Counted from the first letter of the stretch, positions 19,111-27,745 are shown. The stretch: DNA of 64,000 nucleotides from Nitrospirota bacterium (GCA_021784575.1 JAJYHX010000004.1:68350-132349), one strand, 5' to 3'. Numbers and translations: made by a program. The notes: a model not told the origin generated them from the letters alone.

Positions 19111-19260
19111 ATGAAGAGTTTTCTTTTAAGGAATCTACCGGACGAGGTTTTAAAGAACGTAAAGATTAAGGCCGCCGAAAAAGGCATTACCATGAGGGAC
19201 TTGATTTTGCTCTATATCGAAGAGGGATTAAGAAGGGAAGGCGCGCATGGCAAAGGCTAA
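19111..19260 (+). CDS. Ribbon-helix-helix (Arc/CopG-like) small regulator, 49 aa
   Basis: Below ORF-track cutoff; MKSFLLRNLPDEVLKNVKIKAAEKGITMRDLILLYIEEGL; overlaps the integrase start. Confidence 0.75.
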   Translation: MKSFLLRNLPDEVLKNVKIKAAEKGITMRDLILLYIEEGLRREGAHGKG

Positions 19261-20290
19261 AGGCATATTCAAGCGGGCCGGAAGTCCTTACTGGTGGATA
19301 CGCTATACCGGGGCGGACGGCAGGCAGAGAAAAGAGAGCGTAAAGACCACGCTCAAGACTGAAGCCGAATACCTGCTTGGAAAGCGGCGCAAAGAGGCAA
19401 TGGAAGGGATAATCCCGGACAGGAATAAAAAGGCCGTGTTATTCTCCGCCCTTGTAAAAGATTACCTTGTATGGGCCGAGCATCAGAGGGCCTTTGAAAG
19501 CAAGGAAATAAGGGCACAGCTTCTTATCAGAGAATTTGGAGATATACCCCTTCCTGCCTTTTCCACGAAGGCGGTTGAGCAATATCAGGCAAAGAGGATT
19601 AAGGAAGGGCGGAAACCGGCTACTGTCAATAAAGAATTGGCGCTTCTTAAGCATATGCTTCATAAGGCCGCCGAATGGGGGATGGTTTCGGAAGAGGCTA
19701 TAAAAGGGGCATTGAAAGTAAAGCTCCTGCAAGAAAATAACAGGCGGCTTAGATACCTGAGTAAAGAGGAATGCGGGGCCTTGATAAATAACTGCGCGCC
19801 TCATTTAAAACCAATGGTAGTTACAGCCCTGAATACCGGCATGAGGCGGGGGGAGATATTCGGGCTTACATGGGACAGGGTAGATTTAACGCATGGCTTT
19901 ATCCTGCTTCATACCTCAAAGAACGGAGAGCGGCGGGAGATACCGATTAACGGCACACTACGGGCACAGCTTCAGGAACTTGCTTTAAACAACGTGGACG
20001 GCCACGGGTTCGTTTTTCACGAGAAGGACGGTAAACCCTTTGGGAGTGTAAAAAACTCCTTTAAAGCGGCTTGCAGGAAGGCAGGGATAACAGATTTTCA
20101 CTTTCACGACCTCCGGCATACCTTTGCAAGCCATTTGATTATGGCGGGAGTTGACCTAACCACGGTCAAGGAACTTGTAGGCCACAAGGATATTAAAATG
20201 ACTTTGCGGTATGCTCACCTTGCGCCGTCTCATAAGGTGAAGGCCCTTGAAGTTCTTGACCAGGAAATGACGCTGAAAGTGGCGGTTTGA
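19247..20290 (+). CDS. int: Tyrosine recombinase/phage integrase
   Basis: TGMRRGEI, SKNG, FHDLRH, GHKDIKMTLRYAH catalytic motifs; N-terminal arm-binding-like region. Confidence 0.96.
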   Translation: MAKAKGIFKRAGSPYWWIRYTGADGRQRKESVKTTLKTEAEYLLGKRRKEAMEGIIPDRNKKAVLFSALVKDYLVWAEHQRAFESKEIRAQLLIREFGDIPLPAFSTKAVEQYQAKRIKEGRKPATVNKELALLKHMLHKAAEWGMVSEEAIKGALKVKLLQENNRRLRYLSKEECGALINNCAPHLKPMVVTALNTGMRRGEIFGLTWDRVDLTHGFILLHTSKNGERREIPINGTLRAQLQELALNNVDGHGFVFHEKDGKPFGSVKNSFKAACRKAGITDFHFHDLRHTFASHLIMAGVDLTTVKELVGHKDIKMTLRYAHLAPSHKVKALEVLDQEMTLKVAV

Positions 20291-20326
20291 AAACAAATTA
20301 GCCCAAAATTAGCCCATTGACAGAAA

Positions 20327-20360
20327 AAGGGGTTACGGCCTAAGCTGTAACCCCTTGATT
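20327..20360 (-). terminator. Hairpin downstream of tRNA-Val overlapping an IHF consensus site
   Basis: AAGGGGTTAC...GTAACCCCTT with A-tract on the left; AATCAAGGGGTTA = WATCAANNNNTTR on the minus strand. Confidence 0.65.
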
Positions 20361-20364
20361 TTTA

Positions 20365-20439
20365 TGGTAGGCGATGCTGGGTTCGAACCAGCGACCCCTG
20401 CCGTGTGAAGGCAGTGCTCTCCCGCTGAGCTAATCGCCC
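20365..20439 (-). tRNA. tRNA-Val(CAC)
   Basis: GGGCGATTAGCTCAGCGGGAGAGCACTGCCTTCACACGGCAGGGGTCGCTGGTTCGAACCCAGCATCGCCTACCA: full cloverleaf, anticodon CAC, encoded CCA. Confidence 0.97.
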
Positions 20440-20535
20440 GTTACGTGTTAACTGATACCACAAAATACGTGCGCAAGTCAACAGCTTTCGGAAAATCGTT
20501 GCGGTCTCCGTATCTGTTGTGTTAGCATTATTTAT

Positions 20536-20712
20536 ATGGAAAACGAAAAGCCGGGCGCAAGAGACATCGACAACGTGGCAAGGATACTTACCATGCTCCC
20601 CGCAGACGAGGCGCAGAAGGTAATCCGCGAGATAAAGAGGGAAAAAGACCCGGCGGGGAAGAAGCGCATCATCGAGCTTGCGCTTAAAAAGAAGGGGCTT
20701 AAACCGCTTTAG
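20536..20712 (+). CDS. Small hypothetical helical protein, 58 aa
   Basis: Manual ORF MENEKPGARDIDNVARILTMLPADEAQKVIREIKREKDPAGKKRIIELALKKKGLKPL; GC3-rich codons; -10-like box just upstream. Confidence 0.5.
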   Translation: MENEKPGARDIDNVARILTMLPADEAQKVIREIKREKDPAGKKRIIELALKKKGLKPL

Positions 20713-21733
20713 AGATAACGACCATTTCCTCGAATATCCCGTCGGGTAATTCCGGTCTTATGATTGATGTTGCGGCGGTCAGGCGGGCGCCCATTACGTC
20801 CACCTTCCTGGGAATGGCGAAAATTTTAGCGGCCACTTCCATCAATTCGCACTTCATGCATCGGTTCCGGATTTTTATTTCGTCACCCAGCCGCTTGCCG
20901 TCCGGGCAGCACCCTTCCCCGGAGTTCGCCCAGCACCTGGCAAAGTTCTTCATGCGCATGGGGCATATCCGGCTTTTGCAGTTCTTTATCTCCCAACACC
21001 TGCTGCCCGGCGGGGCCGGGGTGTTCCAGCCAAAGACAGCGTCGAGCGGCGGATAGCTTGCAAGTTCCTGAACGTATACCCCGGCAAGCTCGTTGAACCT
21101 GAGCGGCAGGTATTTCTCCACCGGCCTGTTCGTTTTCAGCACTCGTCCTTCAAAAGATATTATGACAATCCCGTCCTCCACGCCGTCGATTATGGCGTTC
21201 AACCTCTTCTGCTCCTTCATCATATCCTCTATGAAGCGCGCATTCTCGATTGCCGCCGCCGCATAGCCCGCAAGCCTGTCGAGCTCCGCCCTGTCCGCGT
21301 CCGTGAAGGGCGGGCCGTCCCGGTAGGCCGACAGTCCTCCTATCACCTTTCCGCGCGCTATAAGCGGGGCCAGCGCGGCGGTATTGTAGCCAAGATCCAT
21401 GGCAAGGTCTTTTGAGACACGGATGTCTTCAGCCAGGTTTTCGCACAGGATGGATTTTCTGTTATCCATGACCCAGCAGCAGAGTCCTGAGTTTTCGACG
21501 GGGATATGCGTGTCCGGGAATTTGTCGCTGTTCCTGCCGCACACGTGTCCGTAGTGGACTTTCAGGTTGTCCGCGGACAGGAGCGGCACGGCCACGGTAT
21601 CCGCCCGGACAAGGCGGGCGGCGGTCTGCGCGATTACACATGCGAGCCTCGCCGGGTTCGACCCTTCGGCAAAAAGCCGCAGACTAATCTCGTCTTCGTA
21701 TTGCCCGCTCCGTCCCTCAGGCTCGTTTTCCAT
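20699..21733 (-). CDS. GAF-PAS sensor protein with Cys-rich CW...CW insert, no output domain
   Basis: GAF (APLIARGKVIGGL, AAAAIENA), PAS start (LNAIIDGVEDGIVII), CWEIKNC...CP...RCW...GCC...CMKC; start could be 21763. Confidence 0.75.
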   Translation of the reverse strand: MENEPEGRSGQYEDEISLRLFAEGSNPARLACVIAQTAARLVRADTVAVPLLSADNLKVHYGHVCGRNSDKFPDTHIPVENSGLCCWVMDNRKSILCENLAEDIRVSKDLAMDLGYNTAALAPLIARGKVIGGLSAYRDGPPFTDADRAELDRLAGYAAAAIENARFIEDMMKEQKRLNAIIDGVEDGIVIISFEGRVLKTNRPVEKYLPLRFNELAGVYVQELASYPPLDAVFGWNTPAPPGSRCWEIKNCKSRICPMRMKNFARCWANSGEGCCPDGKRLGDEIKIRNRCMKCELMEVAAKIFAIPRKVDVMGARLTAATSIIRPELPDGIFEEMVVISKAV

Positions 21734-21773
21734 AGGGTTCCAATCCCCGAGGCCTACAAACAACTTTACTTAC

Positions 21774-21802
21774 ATTATACTTCCATGACATGAGCATGTC
21801 AA
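21774..21802 (-). promoter_or_regulatory. Consensus sigma70 promoter with overlapping palindromic operator
   Basis: TTGACA-17-TATAAT on the minus strand; TGACATG-AG-CATGTCA at 21786-21801. Confidence 0.85.
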
Positions 21803-21820
21803 CATCTTAAAAATAAATGC

Positions 21821-21849
21821 TTGAAATTTTTTTGTAGAATCTATATAAT
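21821..21849 (+). promoter_or_regulatory. Sigma70 promoter toward the XRE gene
   Basis: TTGAAA-17-TATAAT. Confidence 0.75.
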
Positions 21850-21862
21850 ATAGCCCGAAAGT

Positions 21863-22015
21863 GTTAGCCGAGGTTTAAGAAGAGTCTTTTCGTTGTTTAA
21901 AATCAACGGGTTGGTTTTTGAAAAGCACTCCTGCTTAGGCATATCGGCAACCTCTTCCGAATCATAAAATAAGTAAAACCCGCCCAATGCGGGTTGAAAA
22001 AAACCGGAAGATAGG
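21863..22015 (+). ncRNA. Candidate structured leader RNA/sRNA (family unknown)
   Basis: Nested complementary segments starting just after the promoter; no known riboswitch recognised. Confidence 0.35.
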
Positions 22016-22065
22016 GTAAAATAATTTTTATTAAACAGCAGCAACCAAAAAGAAAGTGGTGAAAA

Positions 22066-22491
22066 ATGACGAACAATCTGATCTACCAGGAAATCGGCAA
22101 GAGAATTCGGGAACTCCGCGGGAACGACAGACAGAAGGACTGGGCATCCAGGATAGGGTGCGACCAGGGATACATCTCCCAGGTCGAGAACGGCGTAACG
22201 AAGCCTTCGCTCGCATTCCTAAAGAGCATCTCCGGCATGACCAGCGCGAGCATCGACTGGATACTGACCGGCAGGGGCGACAGGCAGTCCGGCTTCAAGA
22301 GCTATTCCGCGCCTTATTCCGCTCCGTCCGGCGAAGAGACCATCCAGAAACTCAAGGACAACCCGAAGCTCCTGCTCGCGGTAGACAAGCTCCTCCGCAT
22401 GAAGGGCACCGGGATGGGCGTCCTTGAGGCCTTCTACGAAATGGACGAGATGAAGATAGAGGGGCTTGCCGAATTCATCGGGGCAAAGTAG
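22066..22491 (+). CDS. XRE-family HTH transcriptional regulator
   Basis: IGKRIRELRG..QKDWA..IG..QGYISQVENG..KPS...IDWILTG. Confidence 0.9.
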   Translation: MTNNLIYQEIGKRIRELRGNDRQKDWASRIGCDQGYISQVENGVTKPSLAFLKSISGMTSASIDWILTGRGDRQSGFKSYSAPYSAPSGEETIQKLKDNPKLLLAVDKLLRMKGTGMGVLEAFYEMDEMKIEGLAEFIGAK

Positions 22492-22569
22492 TTACTTTTC
22501 TTTCGGGTGAAAGAAAAGTAACCAAAAGAAAGTCAGACTGGGGGCCATCCGGCGCGAGCTGGACGGCCC
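22491..22569. terminator. Hairpins between the convergent XRE and rlmI genes
   Basis: GTTACTTTTCTTTC-GGGT-GAAAGAAAAGTAAC (14-bp perfect stem) plus a GC hairpin at 22542-22569. Confidence 0.6.
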
Positions 22570-22573
22570 GTTT

Positions 22574-23758
22574 TCATCCCGCCTGCACAAGAGCGCATTT
22601 CAGGTATTCCGTCTCCGGCGCGGCGAGGAGGACGGGGTGGTCTTTCGACTGGGAGCGCATCTCGATTATGCGGGCCGCTCTCGCGGCCGTTGCCGCGCCT
22701 GCGCGCAGTGTATCAAGGAAGTCTTCCCGGCTCAAGTGATGGGAGCAGGAACAGGTTATCAGGAACCCGCCCGGCCTGACAATCCTCAGGCACCCGGCGT
22801 TAAGCTCCCTGTAGCCCCGCAGTCCTTCGGCCATTTTCTGCCGGCTCTTTATGAATGCGGGCGGGTCCGCCACTACCACGTCGAATCTCCTGCCCTCGTC
22901 TGCAAATCTCTTCAGGGCCGTGAGCGCGTCTTCCCGGACGAATTCCGCTTTGCCCCGGACGCCGTTTAACTCCGCGTTCTCCCCCGCCATCGCAAGCGCG
23001 CGCTCGGACGAATCCACGAATACCGCACTCGATGCCCCGGCAAGGAGCGCCGAGATTCCCCACGCGCCGGTGTGGCAGAAGAGGTCTGTTACTTCCGCGC
23101 CACCGGAGATGTTTTCAAGCATGGAGTAATTGTCCGCCTGGTCGAGGAAGAACCCGGTCTTCTGGCCTTCGAGCAGGTCTGCGCGCACACTTAGGCCGCA
23201 CAAATCTATCAATACCGGCCCGGCATATTCCCCGTATACGATCTTCTTTTCTATCTGAAGGCCCTCCAGCGCCCGGAGCTTAGAGTCGTTCCGGAGGACT
23301 ATTCCGGCGGGGTTATAAACCTCTTTCAGCGCGTCCAGGACATCCGGCAGGAGCCGCTCCATCCCCTGAGTCGATACCTGCACGCAGAGCCAGTCCCCGT
23401 ATTTATCGACGATAAGCCCCGGCAGGAAATCGGCCTCGGAATATACCGCGCGCCAGGAGCCGGTAGACCGGCTTCGGCCGGGATAGAAGCGTTCCCGGAG
23501 CGCCTTTGCGTCCTCGATTCGTTTTTTCAGGAGGTTGGCCGTGAAAGGCTCTTCACCGCGCGTGAGGAGCCGGACGGCAATCAGCGTGTGCGGGTTCGCG
23601 TATCCCTCGCCGACGATGCGCCCGGCATAATCGGCCACGCGAACAATCTCGCCCGGAACCAGCCCGCGCGGGATCTCCTCGAACTCGTTCGAGAACGCCC
23701 ACGGGTGCCCCCGGCGTATGCGGCGGTCTTCCTTCTTTTTAAGGCGCAGGGTTTTCAT
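22574..23758 (-). CDS. rlmI: 23S rRNA m5C1962 methyltransferase RlmI family
   Basis: PUA domain GHPWAF, GQKTGFFLDQ, DLFCHTG, DPPAF, DHP, EYLK. Confidence 0.88.
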   Translation of the reverse strand: MKTLRLKKKEDRRIRRGHPWAFSNEFEEIPRGLVPGEIVRVADYAGRIVGEGYANPHTLIAVRLLTRGEEPFTANLLKKRIEDAKALRERFYPGRSRSTGSWRAVYSEADFLPGLIVDKYGDWLCVQVSTQGMERLLPDVLDALKEVYNPAGIVLRNDSKLRALEGLQIEKKIVYGEYAGPVLIDLCGLSVRADLLEGQKTGFFLDQADNYSMLENISGGAEVTDLFCHTGAWGISALLAGASSAVFVDSSERALAMAGENAELNGVRGKAEFVREDALTALKRFADEGRRFDVVVADPPAFIKSRQKMAEGLRGYRELNAGCLRIVRPGGFLITCSCSHHLSREDFLDTLRAGAATAARAARIIEMRSQSKDHPVLLAAPETEYLKCALVQAG

Positions 23759-23774
23759 ATCCGCCTTGCGCCCA

Positions 23775-24920
23775 CTACTCCCGCACCTCGACGTATGTCT
23801 TGTCCCGGAGGCCCCGTATCCACCTGGCGTAGAGTTTCTCGCCCTCTTTCGACGAAAGCCTGTCCACAATCTCCGGCCTCGCGTCGTCGAGGGTCTCCGT
23901 AGAGCCGCCGGTCTTCTTCATCACCTTTATGAGTTGGTATCCCTTGTCGGATTTTATCGGCTGGCTGACGTCTCCCGCCTTCATGCCGAACGCGGCGGCC
24001 TCGACGTCCGGGGCGAGTTCGCCCTTGCCGAACGTGCCAAGGACGCAGGTCTTCGCGGCGTCCTTGTCGCCTGAGCACTTCACCGCCATGTCCTCGAAAG
24101 ACGTCCCCTTCATAATCTCCGCCCGCGCCGCATCCGCGGCCTTTTTCGCCGCGTCCATGTCGCCGTCCTTCGCCGGGAACATTATATGCGCCACTTCCAC
24201 GGATGCGGGGTGAACGAACCGGGACTTGTGCCCGTTGTAATATTTTACGATGTCCGCGTCCTTTACGGTTATCCTCGACTTTACGTCCCTGGCGACAAGC
24301 CGCATTATCGTAAGCTGGTCCCGGAGGGTTTTGCGGTATTCGGCGGTGTCGTATCCCTCCTGCTCCAGCGCGGCCTCGAAGGCGGCCTTGTCCATGTGGT
24401 TCTTCGTCATTATGTCGTTGATTGCGTTATCGACCTCTTCCTTAGATACCTCCACCCCCTCGGCCTTCGCCTCCTGGAGCTCCAGGTATTTGTCTATCAG
24501 GGAGTTGATTGTCGCCTTAAGAAGCCTCTCCTTGGCAATGTCGAGCTTCTCGCCCACGTAGCGCTGGTTAAGCTCATCGAGCTTCTGCGCCATCTGCATC
24601 TGTATCTCGCTCAAGGTTATCACGTCCTGCCCCACCACCGCGACAACCCGGTCAATCTCCGTCGGCCCCGCGCCCCCCGACGCCCCGGTTGTCCCGGTTG
24701 TCTCGGTTATTCCGGTTGTCTCGGTTATTCCGGTTGTCTCGGTTACTCCGGTTGTCCCGGTTGTCCCGGCTGCCCCGGTTGTCTCGGTTACTCCGGTTGT
24801 CCCGGCTGTCCCCGTTGCTCCGGCTGTCCCGGTTGTCCCGGTTGTCCCGGCTGCTCCGGCCGTGGAGACGTAAAATACGACCGGCAGGATTACCGCCATG
24901 AAAAGGCTCGTTTTTTTCAT
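23775..24920 (-). CDS. surA: SurA-family peptidyl-prolyl isomerase/chaperone with Thr/Gly repeat linker
   Basis: Signal peptide, IDRVVAVV...VITLSE SurA N-domain, parvulin domain. Confidence 0.85.
   Translation of the reverse strand: MKKTSLFMAVILPVVFYVSTAGAAGTTGTTGTAGATGTAGTTGVTETTGAAGTTGTTGVTETTGITETTGITETTGTTGASGGAGPTEIDRVVAVVGQDVITLSEIQMQMAQKLDELNQRYVGEKLDIAKERLLKATINSLIDKYLELQEAKAEGVEVSKEEVDNAINDIMTKNHMDKAAFEAALEQEGYDTAEYRKTLRDQLTIMRLVARDVKSRITVKDADIVKYYNGHKSRFVHPASVEVAHIMFPAKDGDMDAAKKAADAARAEIMKGTSFEDMAVKCSGDKDAAKTCVLGTFGKGELAPDVEAAAFGMKAGDVSQPIKSDKGYQLIKVMKKTGGSTETLDDARPEIVDRLSSKEGEKLYARWIRGLRDKTYVEVRE
24685..24860. repeat. 9/18-bp tandem repeat array encoding TTG/TAG/ITE units
   Basis: CCGGTTGTC / TCGGTTA(T/C)T units repeated in frame. 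Confidence 0.9.
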
Positions 24921-25060
24921 CTGGAACACCTTCCGAAAATAGACTTTCATGCATGAAAAACTTCCGAAAAGATAACATAAAACATGCGGACAAGGCAAGC
25001 AATATCGTCCGCCACGCCCGGACGGTGTTGAACGGGGGCCCGGTGACTTTCAAAGTCGCC

Positions 25061-25113
25061 GGGTTCCCGCTGGAGCCTGCCACGGTATGCTTAAAGCCGG
25101 GGCTGGAATGACG
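25061..25113. repeat. Degenerate REP-like palindromic element (TTCCCGC...GGAATGAC type)
   Basis: GGGTTCCCGCTGGAG...GGGGCTGGAATGACG in the surA-apbE intergenic gap. Confidence 0.45.
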
Positions 25114-25188
25114 GGCGGGGCGTGAACGGCATATGGGGCGCGAGAGATACGTCTTGAACGGTCTTTTTAATTCTGCTACAGTATCGCC

Positions 25189-26205
25189 ATGAAAAAGATA
25201 CTCTGCCTGCTCGTATGCCTGTTTGCCGTTTGCTCCTGCTCCGGGGGAAACGGCCTTTACACCGAGACGCGCGTTATAATGGGGACGTATGTAACCATCA
25301 CGCTGAACCGGAGCGGCAAGACGAATGACGAGCTTGTGAAGGCCTCGGCGGACGCCTTCGCCCGGATTACGAAGGTGGACGACCTCATGAGCACCTACAA
25401 GCCCATGTCCAACTTAAGCAGAATAAACGCAAATTCCGGCATCGCCCCCTTCCCGGCGGACCCGGAGGTCATAGAGAACATACAGGACGCCTCGTATGTC
25501 TCCAGGCTCACCGGCGGGGCGTTCGACATTACCGTCGGGCCCCTGGTAAAGGCGTGGGAGATAGGCTCGAAGGGTGCGCACGTGCCGTCGCCCGGGACGA
25601 TAAAGAAGGCTCTCGCCCTCGTGGGCTGGCGGAATATCGTCGTGGACAAGAAGGCCGGGACGGTCTTCCTTACGAAGCGCGGCGCGTCCATCGACCTCGG
25701 CGCCATAGCAAAGGGATACGCATCGGACAGGGCCGCCGTGGCGCTGCTGGAGGACGGCATAAAGGGCGGGATTGTCGCCTGCGCCGGGGACATAAAAACC
25801 TTCGGCGTGAAGCCGGACGGCTCCGCCTGGACCGTCGGGATACAGAACCCGCGAGGGCCTGAGGGCGATGTCATTGCAAAGCTTCCGCTTACTGACACGG
25901 CAATCTCCACCTCCGGAGACTACGAGCGTTTCTTCATCAAGGACGGCAAGCACTACTGCCACATCATGGACCCGCATACGGGGTATCCCGCAAGCGGGCT
26001 CATGAGCGTTACGGTTCTGGCCAAGGATTCCTGGCTTGCGGATTCAATGGGGACGGCGCTTTTCGTCCTCGGGCCGAAGAAGGCGTACGCCCTTGCGCTC
26101 AAACACCCGGAGCTCGAAGTCCTGATGATAACGGATTCGGGCAAGGTTCTCGCCACGGGGCGATTCAGGGGGATGAAGATTGCGCCGCCGGCAGGAGCCG
26201 GGTAA
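25189..26205 (+). CDS. apbE: FAD:protein FMN transferase lipoprotein
   Basis: Lipobox, MGT, GAFDITVGPL, DLGAIAKGY, STSGDYERF, HIMDP. Confidence 0.93.
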   Translation: MKKILCLLVCLFAVCSCSGGNGLYTETRVIMGTYVTITLNRSGKTNDELVKASADAFARITKVDDLMSTYKPMSNLSRINANSGIAPFPADPEVIENIQDASYVSRLTGGAFDITVGPLVKAWEIGSKGAHVPSPGTIKKALALVGWRNIVVDKKAGTVFLTKRGASIDLGAIAKGYASDRAAVALLEDGIKGGIVACAGDIKTFGVKPDGSAWTVGIQNPRGPEGDVIAKLPLTDTAISTSGDYERFFIKDGKHYCHIMDPHTGYPASGLMSVTVLAKDSWLADSMGTALFVLGPKKAYALALKHPELEVLMITDSGKVLATGRFRGMKIAPPAGAG

Positions 26206-26207
26206 AT

Positions 26208-27422
26208 TTGGATACCGCCACCGTCCTTACGGTATTTTGCATTGTCTATATCGGCATGTTCCTGGGCGAGATCCCGGGGCTGAAGCTCGACCGCACGGGG
26301 ATTGCGCTCCTCGGGGCGATTGCGCTCATAGCTTCGGGAGAGATGACGCCCAGGGCGGCGTGGGACAGCGTCAACGTCTCCGCCATCTCGCTTCTTCTGG
26401 GCCTGATGGTCGTGTCGGCGCAGTTCAAGCTGGGCGGTTTTTATACTCTTGTTACAAGGCGGCTCGCAAATGCCGAAGTCCCGCCTCAGGCGCTTCTCGC
26501 CATGCTCATCGGCGTGTCCGGGCTTCTCTCCGCGCTCCTTGTAAACGACGTCGTATGCCTCGCCGTAACGCCGCTTCTCATCGAGGGCTGCGCGAAGCGC
26601 GGTCTTGACCCCGTCCCGTTCCTTCTTGCGCTGGCGTGTTCGGCCAATATCGGCTCCGCGGCCACGTTAATCGGCAACCCGCAGAACATGCTTATCGGCC
26701 AGGTCCTGAGGCTTTCGTTCACGGGCTATCTCGGTTTTTCGCTCATCCCCGCTATAGCCGGCCTCGGCGCGGTCTGGCTCGTCGTTTTCCTTTTATACAG
26801 GAACAGATGGCAGAAGGAGACCGCGCTTTCGGAGGTCTATGAGCCGGAGCTCAACCGGTGGCAGAGCGTGAAGGGGGTAATGGTGCTGGCCGCGCTCGTC
26901 ATTGCGTTTCTCTTCACGCCGTGGCCGCGCGACACCCTCGCCCTCGCCGCCGCGGGCTTTCTGCTGACAAGCAGAAAAACGTCCACGCGGGACGTGCTGG
27001 GGCTGGTTGACTGGCAGATAATCGTGTTGTTTATCGGGCTTTTCGTCGTGAACAGCGCGTTCGACAAATCGGGCCTCCTGGCAAGCGCAATGTCTGAGGC
27101 GCGCGCCCACGGCCTCGACACGGCCAATCCCGCCACGCTCTTCGGCGCCACGGTGATACTCTCCAACCTCGTCTCCAACGTTCCCGCCGTGATGCTCCTC
27201 CTGCACACGGCGTCCCATCCGCTCTCAGGGCCGATACTCGCGCTCGCCAGCACGCTTGCCGGGAACCTCCTGATTGTCGGGAGTATCGCCAATATAATAG
27301 TCGTGGACCTCGCAAAACGCGCCGGGGTAAGCATTACCTGGCGCGAGCACGCCAGGGCGGGCATACCCGTCACCGTCGCCACGCTGTCCTTCGCCGGCGC
27401 ATGGCTGTGGATAATGTCATAA
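26208..27422 (+). CDS. ArsB/NhaD/CitM-superfamily anion transporter
   Basis: Many TM segments; ANIGSAATLIGNPQN, SNLVSNVPA, STLAGNL. Confidence 0.88.
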   Translation: MDTATVLTVFCIVYIGMFLGEIPGLKLDRTGIALLGAIALIASGEMTPRAAWDSVNVSAISLLLGLMVVSAQFKLGGFYTLVTRRLANAEVPPQALLAMLIGVSGLLSALLVNDVVCLAVTPLLIEGCAKRGLDPVPFLLALACSANIGSAATLIGNPQNMLIGQVLRLSFTGYLGFSLIPAIAGLGAVWLVVFLLYRNRWQKETALSEVYEPELNRWQSVKGVMVLAALVIAFLFTPWPRDTLALAAAGFLLTSRKTSTRDVLGLVDWQIIVLFIGLFVVNSAFDKSGLLASAMSEARAHGLDTANPATLFGATVILSNLVSNVPAVMLLLHTASHPLSGPILALASTLAGNLLIVGSIANIIVVDLAKRAGVSITWREHARAGIPVTVATLSFAGAWLWIMS

Positions 27423-27459
27423 GCCTCGCGGCGGGAGTTCACTTGCGCCCGGAAGTCAG

Positions 27460-27745
27460 CCCTTTCCCACCGGCAGGAGAAGAGCCGGTTCCCCCTCCCC
27501 CGGCGGCGGGGGAGGGTAAGAGCTTTTCACCCCTCTCACTTTCATGGGAGAGGGTGGCCGCAGGCCGGGAGAGGGTTCACCGCTCATTCTGAGCGATGCG
27601 AATAATCCACGGTTGTCATAACGCCCCCTCGTTCCCCCTCTTATCTTAAGAGGGGGATGAAGGCAAGCTGTCATTCTGAGCACCGCGAAGAATTCACCTT
27701 TCCCAGCGCCCCCTGCTCATTGTAGGGGCGCAATTCATTGCGCCC
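27460..27745. repeat. Intergenic mosaic of several REP-like palindrome types
   Basis: CCCTC..GAGGG hairpins (27493, 27531, 27634), TCATTCTGAGC..GCGAA (27584, 27671), GTAGGGGCGCAAT..ATTGCGCCC (27722). Confidence 0.8.

Larger units (their letters stand above)
9606..20409. mobile_element. Tyrosine-integrase integrative element (~10.8 kb) in tRNA-Val(CAC)
   Basis: 46-bp att repeats, integrase next to the tRNA, arm-type repeats inside both ends, visibly more AT-rich, defence cargo. Confidence 0.93.

Noticed and set aside
9606..20409. Complete prophage or ICE
   Set aside because: No capsid, terminase, tail, relaxase or T4SS genes recognisable.
24186..25083. Cys-rich (CPG/CLGYSG) and RDN-repeat ORFs
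   Set aside because: Alternative-frame or antisense readings of the surA tandem repeat.
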